45,433 bases of DNA from Syntrophales bacterium (GTDB lineage Bacteria; Desulfobacterota; Syntrophia; Syntrophales; UBA8958), in NCBI GenBank assembly GCA_023231165.1, contig JALNVY010000002.1:1-45433 (forward strand), read 5' to 3'. Under the pieces are notes generated by a model. It did not search any database and was not told the DNA's origin. It worked only from the letters and a program-made list of their open reading frames with translations. A program made the position numbers and the translations under genes. Of the stretch, positions 32,891-42,067 are shown piece by piece; the first letter of the stretch is position 1, and each line of letters opens with the position of its first letter.

Positions 32891-35800
32891 TTATTGATCT
32901 ATTCTCTCCTCCTCAGCGCCGTTCTTGCCCAGGCCCATGCGGTATTTGATGTCGTAATTGATGATGAAGTCCAACTCCTCGTGGGTAAAGCCGTAATGTT
33001 CGGCCAGGAGCTTGTCGATCTCGTCGATGATGGGTTTGGATTTCATCGCATTGAGTTCATCATATTCAATGACATGTCCCTCTTTTGTGACGATTTTCTT
33101 TCTATTACTATTTGTCCTCAAGTCGTAAGACAACCTTTCTTCGAGGTCTTTCCATTCAGTATTGCCTATACTATCAGGAATAGGGAACCATTTTACAAAG
33201 CTATCATTAACATGTTCACAATCGGCAAGCGAACTATAGAAAAGATAAAATAGGGATGAATTTAATAGATTGACTGCGAATGATTTTTTGTCTTCATTTC
33301 GAAAAGATATGGTCCTGCCGTGTGCAGGAGCTATTTCTTGATCATTTTTCTTGAAATAAGGGTAACCAGAACAGGCCTTAATCCAATATCTGCATGCTTC
33401 CTGGTAATAAACGAGCGCGGTTGAATACTTTGAAATATGGTCTGAAAGAGAAATGCTATTCTTGAGAACATTTCTAAAGATCATCAACGCTGTGTTATTA
33501 CCAATTTTTGCAATTCTATGCTTATTCACATGAACATTATGTTCACATATTTGAACGCAATCTATGGCATGGGTTCTTTCTTGAGTATAAAATCGGCAAA
33601 TTCTGGAACTAAATATTCCAGATTTGATGGTTGGGATAGACAAAATAATTGCAACAGGCATTTCTACACCATCAAACATAGATTCTGGACGTCGCGGGAA
33701 TGACGCGACAATAACTGAACTTCGCTTGATCAGCATATCCTGCAACGAAGCCATATTCTCGGATGTTATAGATGTCAATTGAACGATGAGGCTGACATTT
33801 GCAGAATTCGTTGCTATTTGGAAAGATCGGTCAAAAACATAAGCAAAAAGGTTTTTGCTATCGAAAGTCTTATAATTATTAGCGATTAATTTGTAGCCAT
33901 GTTTAGCTTCGGAATATACTACGTATGGTGGATTTCCGATAATCACATCAAACCCGCCGTGGCCGTGAACAATCTCGTAAAATTCGGCAAACCAGTGGAA
34001 GGGCCGGTGGGTGGTCCTCCAGTCTGAAAACTTTACTTTGGCGTAATGCTGTTTGTGCAGGAGCACATCCAGGGCATGGGTTAGCTTTTCCAACCGTGCG
34101 TTCAGGTTGTCTTTGGCGGTTCTGAAATCCCCATAGACCGTGCTTCCGGTAAGTTGGATCTCCTTGTATCGCGTAAAGGCCCGCGCCACGATACCACACT
34201 TCTCTTCAATTTTCTCGACGTCATCGTCGAAATCCAGCATACTCGACTTATTGCCGAAAAACGCCTCTTTGATCTGGGCTTCCGTCGCATACCCGATCAG
34301 CGTGTTCCCGACGCGAATATTGAAATCCACATCGGGCAATGGTTCCAGTCCCAGATTGGGTTTGCGGTAGTCAGCGTCGACTGTGGCCGCAAGCTTGAGG
34401 AAGAGGCGCAGCTTGGCGATTTCCACGGCCTCGTTCATAATGTCCACGCCGTAGAGGTTGTTCAGAATGATGGATTTGTAGATAAAGTAGGCCTGATTGG
34501 GGTGCTGTTCATTCTGGACTTGTGCCAGGGTTTCCCGGAAGAACTTGTATTTATGGCCGAAGGTCTTTTTCTCGACCGCATTGGCCCGGTCCTCGTCCTC
34601 CACATAGGCCCGCATCCGGAGTAGACAGGTCTCGTAAAGGGGTTCCAGAATGTTCATCGCCGCAAAGAGAAAGGCCCCCGATCCACAGGTCGGATCGAGG
34701 ATGGTCGCCTTGCAGAGGGCCTTGTAGAAGTGACGGATAAAGTCGGGGTCGGCGATGTTTTCCAGGAGGTCTTGGGCAAACTGGCGGATGTTCAGGTTAC
34801 AGGTGATGAAGTCGTTGATGTTTGTTATGTCGCCGTCGGTGATTTTCCGGCTAAGATCGGCGCACCGTTTGCGGCGCTCGATAAGCTCGCGATAGATCTC
34901 TGTAGGGAGCCCGATGTCCGAAGGGGCCGATTTGTTCCAATCCTTACGCAGATCGCATAGGTAAGGACCCGTGCCGTCCACGACCCGCTCTGCTAATTCA
35001 GGGTCAAAACCTTTCTTTATTTCCGGGGGTAGATCGTCAAACAATTTCTCTGTGTCGGGGACGCCTTTCTTGACAGCGTCATAGATGTAGTCGTTGCCGC
35101 TTTCCCGAACCATGCTCCAGACCGGCCCGTCGGCCTTGAAGCCGATTGGATGGCTGCGCTTCGTTTCATCGAAGAGAAAGGGGATGATGCAGTTCCTGCC
35201 GATATAGTCGGTGATGTCTTCTTTGGTGTAGTAGGCCCCCATCTGGGAGCGATCGTTGATGTATTTCTCAAAGATATAACCGATGACATCGGGATTGACG
35301 TCCTTTCCGGAAGATTCGGCGCGGGTGTCCAGATACCAATTGAACTCGTCGAAAAAGGCAAAAAGACGCTCAAAGGCCGTGTCGTCGATGTCAAGATCCC
35401 GGTTCAGTTTTTCAAGCTCGTGTTCGTCGAAGAGGCCGCCGTTCAGGTAAGGTACATTGCCGATTTCCACGGTCAGTTCCTTGCTATGCGCAGGCGAACC
35501 AAGGCCCTGGTGAAAGAGGACGAGCAAGAAGGCGCGGTAGAAGGAGTAGAATTTACCCTTTCCTTTTTGTTCCCCGCAGGCCTTGAGCTTGTCCTGAAGG
35601 TAGTTGCGGTTGTTGTCCAGAAAACCTTTCTTCTGGATGAAGTAGCAAAACATGAGGCGGTTGAGCATGAGCGAGGCGTACCATTCCCGGTCGCCCTGGG
35701 CTTGTATCCCCTTGATGAATCCGAGAAACGCGGTGTGCTCCTTCTTGAAGCCCTCGTAGAATTTTTTTGTGACCTTTTCGTTATTCTGTTGGAAATTCTT

Positions 35801-36262
35801 AGCTACGCGGCCCGTCACATCCACAATGGTGATCCTGTCTTCCTCGTCTAAGGTAAAAAACAGGCCGCTTGCCCGCTGATAGAGAAGCTCCGGGCTCTGT
35901 TCTTTCTTGTAGCGGGTTTCCGTGACTTTGGTGGGTTTTCCCGTCTGACGGACGGCCAACTGCCAGACCTGTTCGGTTTGGGCCGTATCGATGTAGATAA
36001 TCAGATGTTCCTGAAATAGTTTGGTCACACTTTGTTCGACCTTCTTGCGCATAGCGTAATCGGGAATCCTGCCTTGCGCATCCGGCTCGCACAAAAGAAT
36101 TTTAAAGCCGCTTTTTTCCACGACCGATTCGAGTACGAATGTGGATTCGTCCACGGCGATGGGTTGTTTGATCCGGTCGTTGTTCCAGCCCATGTCGATG
36201 AAGAGCTCTTTGAATCTGAAGGCTTTGATGTAGGCACTGAAAGCATCTTTGGAAAGGTTCAT
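32891..36262 (-). CDS. Large gamma-class N6-adenine DNA methyltransferase (Eco57I/type IIG-like architecture)
   Basis: 1123 aa. Motif I ILDPTCGSGAFLF, motif IV VIIGNPPYV. The long C-terminal specificity-like region ends HEELDFIINYDIKYRMG. Start overlaps the helicase stop (ATGA). Confidence 0.9.
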   Translation of the reverse strand: MNLSKDAFSAYIKAFRFKELFIDMGWNNDRIKQPIAVDESTFVLESVVEKSGFKILLCEPDAQGRIPDYAMRKKVEQSVTKLFQEHLIIYIDTAQTEQVWQLAVRQTGKPTKVTETRYKKEQSPELLYQRASGLFFTLDEEDRITIVDVTGRVAKNFQQNNEKVTKKFYEGFKKEHTAFLGFIKGIQAQGDREWYASLMLNRLMFCYFIQKKGFLDNNRNYLQDKLKACGEQKGKGKFYSFYRAFLLVLFHQGLGSPAHSKELTVEIGNVPYLNGGLFDEHELEKLNRDLDIDDTAFERLFAFFDEFNWYLDTRAESSGKDVNPDVIGYIFEKYINDRSQMGAYYTKEDITDYIGRNCIIPFLFDETKRSHPIGFKADGPVWSMVRESGNDYIYDAVKKGVPDTEKLFDDLPPEIKKGFDPELAERVVDGTGPYLCDLRKDWNKSAPSDIGLPTEIYRELIERRKRCADLSRKITDGDITNINDFITCNLNIRQFAQDLLENIADPDFIRHFYKALCKATILDPTCGSGAFLFAAMNILEPLYETCLLRMRAYVEDEDRANAVEKKTFGHKYKFFRETLAQVQNEQHPNQAYFIYKSIILNNLYGVDIMNEAVEIAKLRLFLKLAATVDADYRKPNLGLEPLPDVDFNIRVGNTLIGYATEAQIKEAFFGNKSSMLDFDDDVEKIEEKCGIVARAFTRYKEIQLTGSTVYGDFRTAKDNLNARLEKLTHALDVLLHKQHYAKVKFSDWRTTHRPFHWFAEFYEIVHGHGGFDVIIGNPPYVVYSEAKHGYKLIANNYKTFDSKNLFAYVFDRSFQIATNSANVSLIVQLTSITSENMASLQDMLIKRSSVIVASFPRRPESMFDGVEMPVAIILSIPTIKSGIFSSRICRFYTQERTHAIDCVQICEHNVHVNKHRIAKIGNNTALMIFRNVLKNSISLSDHISKYSTALVYYQEACRYWIKACSGYPYFKKNDQEIAPAHGRTISFRNEDKKSFAVNLLNSSLFYLFYSSLADCEHVNDSFVKWFPIPDSIGNTEWKDLEERLSYDLRTNSNRKKIVTKEGHVIEYDELNAMKSKPIIDEIDKLLAEHYGFTHEELDFIINYDIKYRMGLGKNGAEEERIDQ

Positions 36263-39200
36263 TCGGCATGCTCCGTTTTGAGGCCAAGCGAGCAGATGAT
36301 CTGAGGATCGCGGATTTCCGGCTCATCGTCGCTGGTAATGCAAAGCTTGGCTTCTTCTCTCAAGGATGTCACTAGTTCCGCCAGTTGCTCGTCCGAAACA
36401 CCGGCCTTAAGTTGGCGGCTCAAGGTGTCGCGGGCGAATTCTTTGAGGGGGTATTTATAGATGTCATCTACGGCCCGTTTGAGGGGCTCCGTCATAAACA
36501 ATGTGCCGTCGTATTCCTTGCAAAATCGGTCCAGACGCATGTACACGCGATATTTGACCCCTGTTTTCTTCCCCAGCGTTCCGCCTTGATTCTTCTCTTC
36601 TTCCCGAATTAACGCCATGCTCGACTTGACGATATCATGATGATTTTCCAGCCGTTCAACGGGCGGTGTATGGGTATGGCATTCCGCAACTTTCAGGATA
36701 GCCAGTTGGGATTGGGTAATCAACTGCCCTTTGGCATCCATCCAGGTCAACACGTCATTGTCTTCTACAGTACGGGTATAGACGATCACGCCGTCTTTGC
36801 CGGGAAAAGCGGTAGTGGCCTTTGTGGAATAGACGACATTCGGCATGTCGGGAATCAGTTTGGTGAGCGCCGGGTTTGCATCCGTGGCGTTTTTCCAGAT
36901 CTGATAGGCATAGGAGGCCAGGTCCACTTCATTGTCGTCATCCTCGTCCAGAATGCCCGACTTCTCACTGTAAAGATCGTGGATGCTTACAGGATCGCCG
37001 TCAAAGAACACCTCATCGGAACCGACCACCTCGGCGTTTTCCGTGATCCGGCGCTGGAGTCTGCCGCGAAGCCGGATAATCCGCTCAATGCCGTCGGCGG
37101 GCAGGAATGAATAGCAGAGAATTTCCTGAGACTTCTGACCGATACGATCCACACGACCCGCTCTCTGGATCAAACGGATGATCGCCCAAGGCAGGTCGAA
37201 GTTGACGACGATATGGCCGTCCTGCAAATTCTGCCCCTCGCTGAGGACATCAGTGGTAATTAGAACGCGCAGATCTTGACCTGTTCGGGTGATTTCATGT
37301 TTTTCATTGCTTTCAGGGCTGAACCGATGGGCGAGTGCGGTCGGGTTGTCATTGTCGCCGGTGACGCATTCGATCTTCGTTACACCCATTGCCTTCATGT
37401 GGATGGTCAGATATTCCGCCGTGTCTGCATATTGGGTGAAGACGAGCACCTTTTCGTCCCGGTGCTTCTCTTCAAGGAGTCGATGAAGGGATAGTAACTT
37501 CTGATCTTTTGCCGGGTCCCATGGACCGGCCATTTTCAGGATCTTGATGATTTCCCAACCGTCGCTAATCAGTTCTTTCATTAGGTCCTTGGCAAACAGG
37601 GCGGAACGAATCCACTCAAATCGGTTCTTATGCGCCCCTGCGAATAGTTCGTAGACTTCCTTACCCTTTTTCAGATATGCGCTTTCATCCATGAGAACCT
37701 GAAAACCGGGATCGTCGTCGTCCGTATCCTGATCTTCCAGAAAGTCATCCAGATTATCTATGATGTTCTTCCCGATCGGTAGAGGGAGATTGTTCTCGAT
37801 GGCATGGATGAAGACAAAATTCCGAAGAACATGCCGTGCCAGGGACAACTGGAAGGCGAAACCGGAGCTCTCTAGGCGTTTGAAGAGGTTTGTACGGCAA
37901 AACCCCATGAGCCGCTTGCCCGCCCGTGAAAGGTTGGCGATGATTCTTTCTTCTTCAGCGCTTGTCTTGTCTACCGGCTTGGGGTCCAGGTAATTGGCAA
38001 GGCCATATCTGGGCAGATCGAGATGGTTAATCCGGTTCACCACACCATCGGAATAGAGCCGGGCGTATTGGTCATTGGTGTCTTTCTCGTCGAAGGCAAA
38101 CACCACCTTTCTGGGGATGCGGTCCGGAAAATAGGAACGCTTGCCGTTTTTGAAGGTGAGAAACCGCCGCCCTGTTTCGGAGTCCAGTGAAGAATAGTGT
38201 GTGCGAACAAAACTTCTCGTTCTCCGGACCAGATACAGGCGCATCAATTCACGCCAGTCATCGGCATGATTGCTTTTTTCAAAGGCCTTGACACTGCGGA
38301 TGAATGTTTCCGTGTGTCTGGCGAGGAATTGAACCTGCCCCCCGATGGTGTTGATGTAATGCTCGGGAGAAATCCCAAGGTCTTTGTCGTCGGAAAGGAA
38401 CAAGCGTAGCTGGTTGGAAAGATCGGTGTATGACTTGTTGTATGGTGTTGCCGAAAGTAAAACCACCTTGCTTTCATTCTCCTCAAGGTAGTTTTTTATC
38501 GCCCGATAACGGCTTCCCTGATCATTTCTGAGGTTGTGGCTTTCGTCGATGACGACCAACCGGTAGCGCCGCAGGTTGGGCAGGGTGGACTGAACCATGC
38601 TCTGGGAAATAACCTTGGCGCGCAGTTGGTACTTGTGGGCGTAACCTTCCCACATATCCTTCAGGTTCTTAGGGCAGATGATTAAGGTCTCGAAATAGAA
38701 ATCTTCTTCACAAAGTTTGGCAATGGCGGTTGCGATGATGGTTTTGCCCAAACCGACCACATCACCGATCATCACCCCATCTCGTTTATTCAAGTGATGA
38801 ACCGCGACGAGTACCGCTTTTTTCTGAAAATCCAGAAGTTCGTCCTGGAATATTTTCGGCAGTTTGAATTCGCTAATGCCAGCTCTGGCCTCTTGTGACA
38901 AGTGATAAGCCATTTTCAGGTAGATATGATAGGGTGAAACCGGCTTTTCCGCAGCCCAGCTTGTATCGATGATTTCAATCAGTTCCTGGGTTATATCGAG
39001 ACACCAGCGGTCATTCCAGCGGTCATCAAACCATCTTGCCAGTTTATTTGCTGCATCTTGTTCCAGCACATCGACATTCAATTCTCCCTGTTTAGAAAGC
39101 CCAGCAAGGGTGAGGTTACTGCTGCCGACAAACCCGACTACGGGAACGCGGGCATCTTCACTATAAGCAAGGTATAGTTTGGCATGCAACGGATGTCTTG

Positions 39201-39621
39201 AATGGAGTTTGACAACCGTCTTTCCTTCACTCATCTGCTTGCTGAGATGTCGAAGCGCGGCTTCATCCGCGCTGGAAGGTATGCCGATTGTCAATTGTTC
39301 TCGAAAATCACGGGCGAGCTTCTTTTTGATCTTCACGACTTCAGATTGGTCGATAGTGTCCGATTTGATATCGCGATATTGTTCCCTCACACTTTCAACG
39401 GGATTTTTCTGCATGCCCACCAGAAGTCGGCAGTACCGTTGCACTTGATCCTTGCTTTCAACAATCCAGTCACCTGGGAGACACTCGATTTCAGTATGGA
39501 TTTCTTTCCACCCACGCAGATTAAAGTAACCAACACAAAAGTCGGCCCGTGAGGAGAGTTTTAAGGTTTCTTTTAAACCATCGGTCAGCACTTTGGTTAT
39601 ATTATCATAGATCGTCGGCAC
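36259..39621 (-). CDS. PLD-family nuclease domain fused to an SNF2-type helicase
   Basis: 1120 aa. GTG start with AGGAGAG SD. N-terminal HAKLYL..GFVGSSNLT (HxK..GSxN). Helicase motifs GDVVGLGKT, VVIDESHNLRN, LLSATPYN, TDVLSEGQNLQ, LIQRAGRVDRIGQ. Confidence 0.9.
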   Translation of the reverse strand: MPTIYDNITKVLTDGLKETLKLSSRADFCVGYFNLRGWKEIHTEIECLPGDWIVESKDQVQRYCRLLVGMQKNPVESVREQYRDIKSDTIDQSEVVKIKKKLARDFREQLTIGIPSSADEAALRHLSKQMSEGKTVVKLHSRHPLHAKLYLAYSEDARVPVVGFVGSSNLTLAGLSKQGELNVDVLEQDAANKLARWFDDRWNDRWCLDITQELIEIIDTSWAAEKPVSPYHIYLKMAYHLSQEARAGISEFKLPKIFQDELLDFQKKAVLVAVHHLNKRDGVMIGDVVGLGKTIIATAIAKLCEEDFYFETLIICPKNLKDMWEGYAHKYQLRAKVISQSMVQSTLPNLRRYRLVVIDESHNLRNDQGSRYRAIKNYLEENESKVVLLSATPYNKSYTDLSNQLRLFLSDDKDLGISPEHYINTIGGQVQFLARHTETFIRSVKAFEKSNHADDWRELMRLYLVRRTRSFVRTHYSSLDSETGRRFLTFKNGKRSYFPDRIPRKVVFAFDEKDTNDQYARLYSDGVVNRINHLDLPRYGLANYLDPKPVDKTSAEEERIIANLSRAGKRLMGFCRTNLFKRLESSGFAFQLSLARHVLRNFVFIHAIENNLPLPIGKNIIDNLDDFLEDQDTDDDDPGFQVLMDESAYLKKGKEVYELFAGAHKNRFEWIRSALFAKDLMKELISDGWEIIKILKMAGPWDPAKDQKLLSLHRLLEEKHRDEKVLVFTQYADTAEYLTIHMKAMGVTKIECVTGDNDNPTALAHRFSPESNEKHEITRTGQDLRVLITTDVLSEGQNLQDGHIVVNFDLPWAIIRLIQRAGRVDRIGQKSQEILCYSFLPADGIERIIRLRGRLQRRITENAEVVGSDEVFFDGDPVSIHDLYSEKSGILDEDDDNEVDLASYAYQIWKNATDANPALTKLIPDMPNVVYSTKATTAFPGKDGVIVYTRTVEDNDVLTWMDAKGQLITQSQLAILKVAECHTHTPPVERLENHHDIVKSSMALIREEEKNQGGTLGKKTGVKYRVYMRLDRFCKEYDGTLFMTEPLKRAVDDIYKYPLKEFARDTLSRQLKAGVSDEQLAELVTSLREEAKLCITSDDEPEIRDPQIICSLGLKTEHAE

Positions 39622-39990
39622 TTTATTACTCTCCTGTCTGCATTTTGGTTTTCATAAAGGTGTATTCAATACTTTACATAGCATAATTAATGGGAAAATA
39701 ATATTGGTGATTATGTAATGGACTACGGTATGATACTCGCTATTGATAAGTTGTAATTTAGGAAGAACAGCCGGATTCTGGATGAGCGCATAATGGTTGC
39801 CAAAGCATCGCATGTTTCGGTCCGTATTCATTCAACATAATGTAATGAAGATCCGATGTAAGCATTAGGCATTTTAAGCGATTGGCTGCAATTCATAAAA
39901 AATGAGCTGCACAACTTCGCATTCTTGACACACTCATCTAAAAATATATATCCGCAAAACTTTCTATTGTGCGAGGAGAAGAAAAACAAG

Positions 39991-41037
39991 TCAACGTTTA
40001 AATGGCTTGGCCTTGTTAAATTTTGGAATGATCAGCGCATAGGTGTCACCCCAGTAATTTTTTGCTTTGACGGAGATTTTTTGTTTCGTTAAAATGTCCC
40101 CACTGCTGGTCTCCCACCAAGACAAATCTTCCATAGCGTCGGCAGACTCAGCTTTGCCGCTGTGAACGGTATAAATTACCGAATGCTCAGGTACACGCAT
40201 ATTTTCATGAATTAAGATACCCTGCTCCTTTGCTGCCTCGTTCGGAGTGACTTTTATGGCACGTAAAACTGGAATCGGAAGCGTACTGAAATCAAAGCTA
40301 TGTTGAGCCGCTAGTTGTCTGCTTTCTGATTTCTTTAGCCCCTTTTTACACAGTACCAACAAACATGGTTCCGGCCATGCTTTAACAATGCCGATGAGAG
40401 AGGCCAAATTACTCGCCTCTGGACACAGAGTTTGCCTCAGGGTTTCGATTTGTTCAAAGGAAATTTCTCCCTTGATGAGCGGCTTTACAAAAGGATTATA
40501 GAATCCGAATTTTCCGGCAATGAGATCGATTACGACTTCCTCGGGGTCTTTATTAGAAAGATGCACGGTTCTCATAAAACATAAGCGTGACTGATCCGTG
40601 AGAATAAGTAGGTGAGCCACCTCATGCCATTTTGTAAAATATGCCCTTGCAGCATTACTCCCCCTGCAATCAATTATGGAAACAAATTCAGGTTCCCAAG
40701 GTTCTCTCTTTGATCTGCGGTATGTTATACCTAGCACTTCATCAGAAAATTCATGATCGATGGTTGCGAATATCTTTTCCCCCTGCTTTAAATATTTTGC
40801 TTTAATGGCAGCAAGATCGTCGTCGCTGTGAATTTCCTCGAAAGATGTATCAAGCTTACCGGCTACCCAGCATAGAAAATCAGACAACGAAGGGCAGTCA
40901 ATAGCTTCCTTCAGAAATTTCTTGATTCGTTTTTCACAAAAGTTCAGGATATCTGAGACAGGATTATTACTTGATCTGATACCTAAATCTTTGGCTAATC
41001 TCCAAATTTTTGTTGACTGATTTAATCTCGTGGCCAC
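39991..41037 (-). CDS. ImmA/IrrE-family (DUF955) zinc metallopeptidase with extra N- and C-terminal domains (CapP-like)
   Basis: 348 aa. The GTG start directly follows the XRE stop (TAAGTG). YFTKWHEVAHLLI is the HExxH motif. Confidence 0.75.
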   Translation of the reverse strand: MATRLNQSTKIWRLAKDLGIRSSNNPVSDILNFCEKRIKKFLKEAIDCPSLSDFLCWVAGKLDTSFEEIHSDDDLAAIKAKYLKQGEKIFATIDHEFSDEVLGITYRRSKREPWEPEFVSIIDCRGSNAARAYFTKWHEVAHLLILTDQSRLCFMRTVHLSNKDPEEVVIDLIAGKFGFYNPFVKPLIKGEISFEQIETLRQTLCPEASNLASLIGIVKAWPEPCLLVLCKKGLKKSESRQLAAQHSFDFSTLPIPVLRAIKVTPNEAAKEQGILIHENMRVPEHSVIYTVHSGKAESADAMEDLSWWETSSGDILTKQKISVKAKNYWGDTYALIIPKFNKAKPFKR

Positions 41038-41442
41038 TTATTTAAATGCCTCCTTTATGGCTTCATGGAATTTTTTCCAACCATCAACCGTCAACTCCTT
41101 GCGATATTTCGTGCCCCTTCTGGCAACGACTGAGTTGAACGTACTTAACAGATCGAGCGTAGCGCTATAGCTAAGCCCCAATTCTTCTGCCGCCTCGGAT
41201 AATTCCTGGGGAATGATAATTTGATCAGTTTTTGCGTTCTCCGTAACTCTTCCCGCGAGTAAATAATCAACAGAAGCCCCTAACTCATTGGCGAGTCTCA
41301 ATATGCCCTGTGAGCCAATGTTCGTTTTATCATTCTCGACATCACTTAAAAAACCTTTGCTCATCCCAGCCTTCTTGGCGAGTTCTTCCTGAGTCAGGTT
41401 TCTTTTTTCTCTAATTTCCCGGATTCTCTTACCTGTGGTCAA
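41038..41442 (-). CDS. XRE-family HTH repressor (CapH/ImmR-like)
   Basis: TTG start at 41442 with GGAGGAG SD 7 nt upstream. GKRIREIREKRNLTQEELAKKAGMSKGFLSDVENDKTNIGSQGILRLANELGASVDYLL. The upstream 72 codons of the track ORF run through the promoter region. Confidence 0.8.
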   Translation of the reverse strand: MTTGKRIREIREKRNLTQEELAKKAGMSKGFLSDVENDKTNIGSQGILRLANELGASVDYLLAGRVTENAKTDQIIIPQELSEAAEELGLSYSATLDLLSTFNSVVARRGTKYRKELTVDGWKKFHEAIKEAFK

Positions 41443-41504
41443 TTTTTCTCTCCTCCAACCATGTAGCGTGTTAGTTCTGTATACAAGAACATGGTAACGA
41501 AATG

Positions 41505-41548
41505 CAAGAAATATATTTCTTGACAGATCAAAAATAGTTCGATATACA
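41505..41548. promoter_or_regulatory. 18-bp perfect palindromic operator overlapping divergent promoters
   Basis: CAAGAAATATATTTCTTG (41505-41522). Plus-strand TTGACA (41520-41525)-17 nt-TATACA (41543-41548). Minus-strand TTGCAT-18-TATACA starts at the other palindrome edge. Confidence 0.55.
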
Positions 41549-41597
41549 GTATCAAACATCGCGTATAGCGAAATAATAAAGACGGAGGAAATTTTAC

Positions 41598-41780
41598 ATG
41601 GCAAAAAACGCTCCTTACGGAGACGGCCACAGGCACGGTCAGGTAACAGACCGTTCACAGACGTATAACCCCAAGAATGATCGCTGGACCAAAAGGGACA
41701 CAGATACTGGAAGGTTTATCGATCAGAAAGCTGATGAAAATCCATTTAAAGGTGTCCGAAAAGAAAAACAGGAGGAATAA
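41598..41780 (+). CDS. Small basic hypothetical protein, first gene of the Ubl operon
   Basis: 60 aa with GGAGGAA SD. Sequence ..NPKNDRWTKRDTDTGRFIDQK... Confidence 0.5.
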   Translation: MAKNAPYGDGHRHGQVTDRSQTYNPKNDRWTKRDTDTGRFIDQKADENPFKGVRKEKQEE

Positions 41781-41785
41781 CTCAA

Positions 41786-42067
41786 ATGAAAGAAGCACAT
41801 GAAAACCATCATGAAAACCAGGGCCATATTAAAAAGTACACCATTATCGTAAATGGCCGTGAGAAAACGGTGACTAAGAAAGAATTGTCATTTGCTGAGA
41901 TTGTCGCTTTGGCTTTTGAAAATCCTCCGACGGGTGAGAATATCATTTTCACCATCACATACAGGCGGGGTGAGGGCAATAAGCCCGAAGGAACCATAAT
42001 CGATGGGGAAACAGTTAAGATAAAAGAGGGAATGATCTTCAATGTCACAGCAACTGATAAATCGTAG
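41786..42067 (+). CDS. Ubiquitin-like beta-grasp protein of the 'multiubiquitin' type (single domain)
   Basis: 93 aa with AGGAGGAA SD. YTIIVNGREKTVTKKELSFAEIVALAF...IIFTITYRRG...IIDGETVKIKEGMIFNV. The C-terminus is ...TATDKS, with no Gly-Gly. Confidence 0.7.
   Translation: MKEAHENHHENQGHIKKYTIIVNGREKTVTKKELSFAEIVALAFENPPTGENIIFTITYRRGEGNKPEGTIIDGETVKIKEGMIFNVTATDKS

Noticed and set aside
33948-36326. Cluster of ORFs overlapping the methyltransferase gene in other frames on both strands (for example 34154-34624 and 35150-35851 on the plus strand, 35017-35394 on the minus strand).
   Set aside because: These are shadow ORFs of a 1123-aa gene with clear MTase motifs. They have no independent signals.
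30977-39621. Calling the helicase/MTase cassette DISARM or BREX.
   Set aside because: The DISARM core genes (DrmA-type helicase plus DUF1998 DrmB) and the BREX markers (PglZ, BrxC, BrxL) are absent from the window. Only accessory-type components are shared.
39925-39952. Plus-strand TTGACA-16-TATATC promoter-like sequence pointing into the 3' end of the peptidase gene.
   Set aside because: It lies in an AT-rich spacer where such matches arise by chance, and there is no downstream plus-strand ORF.
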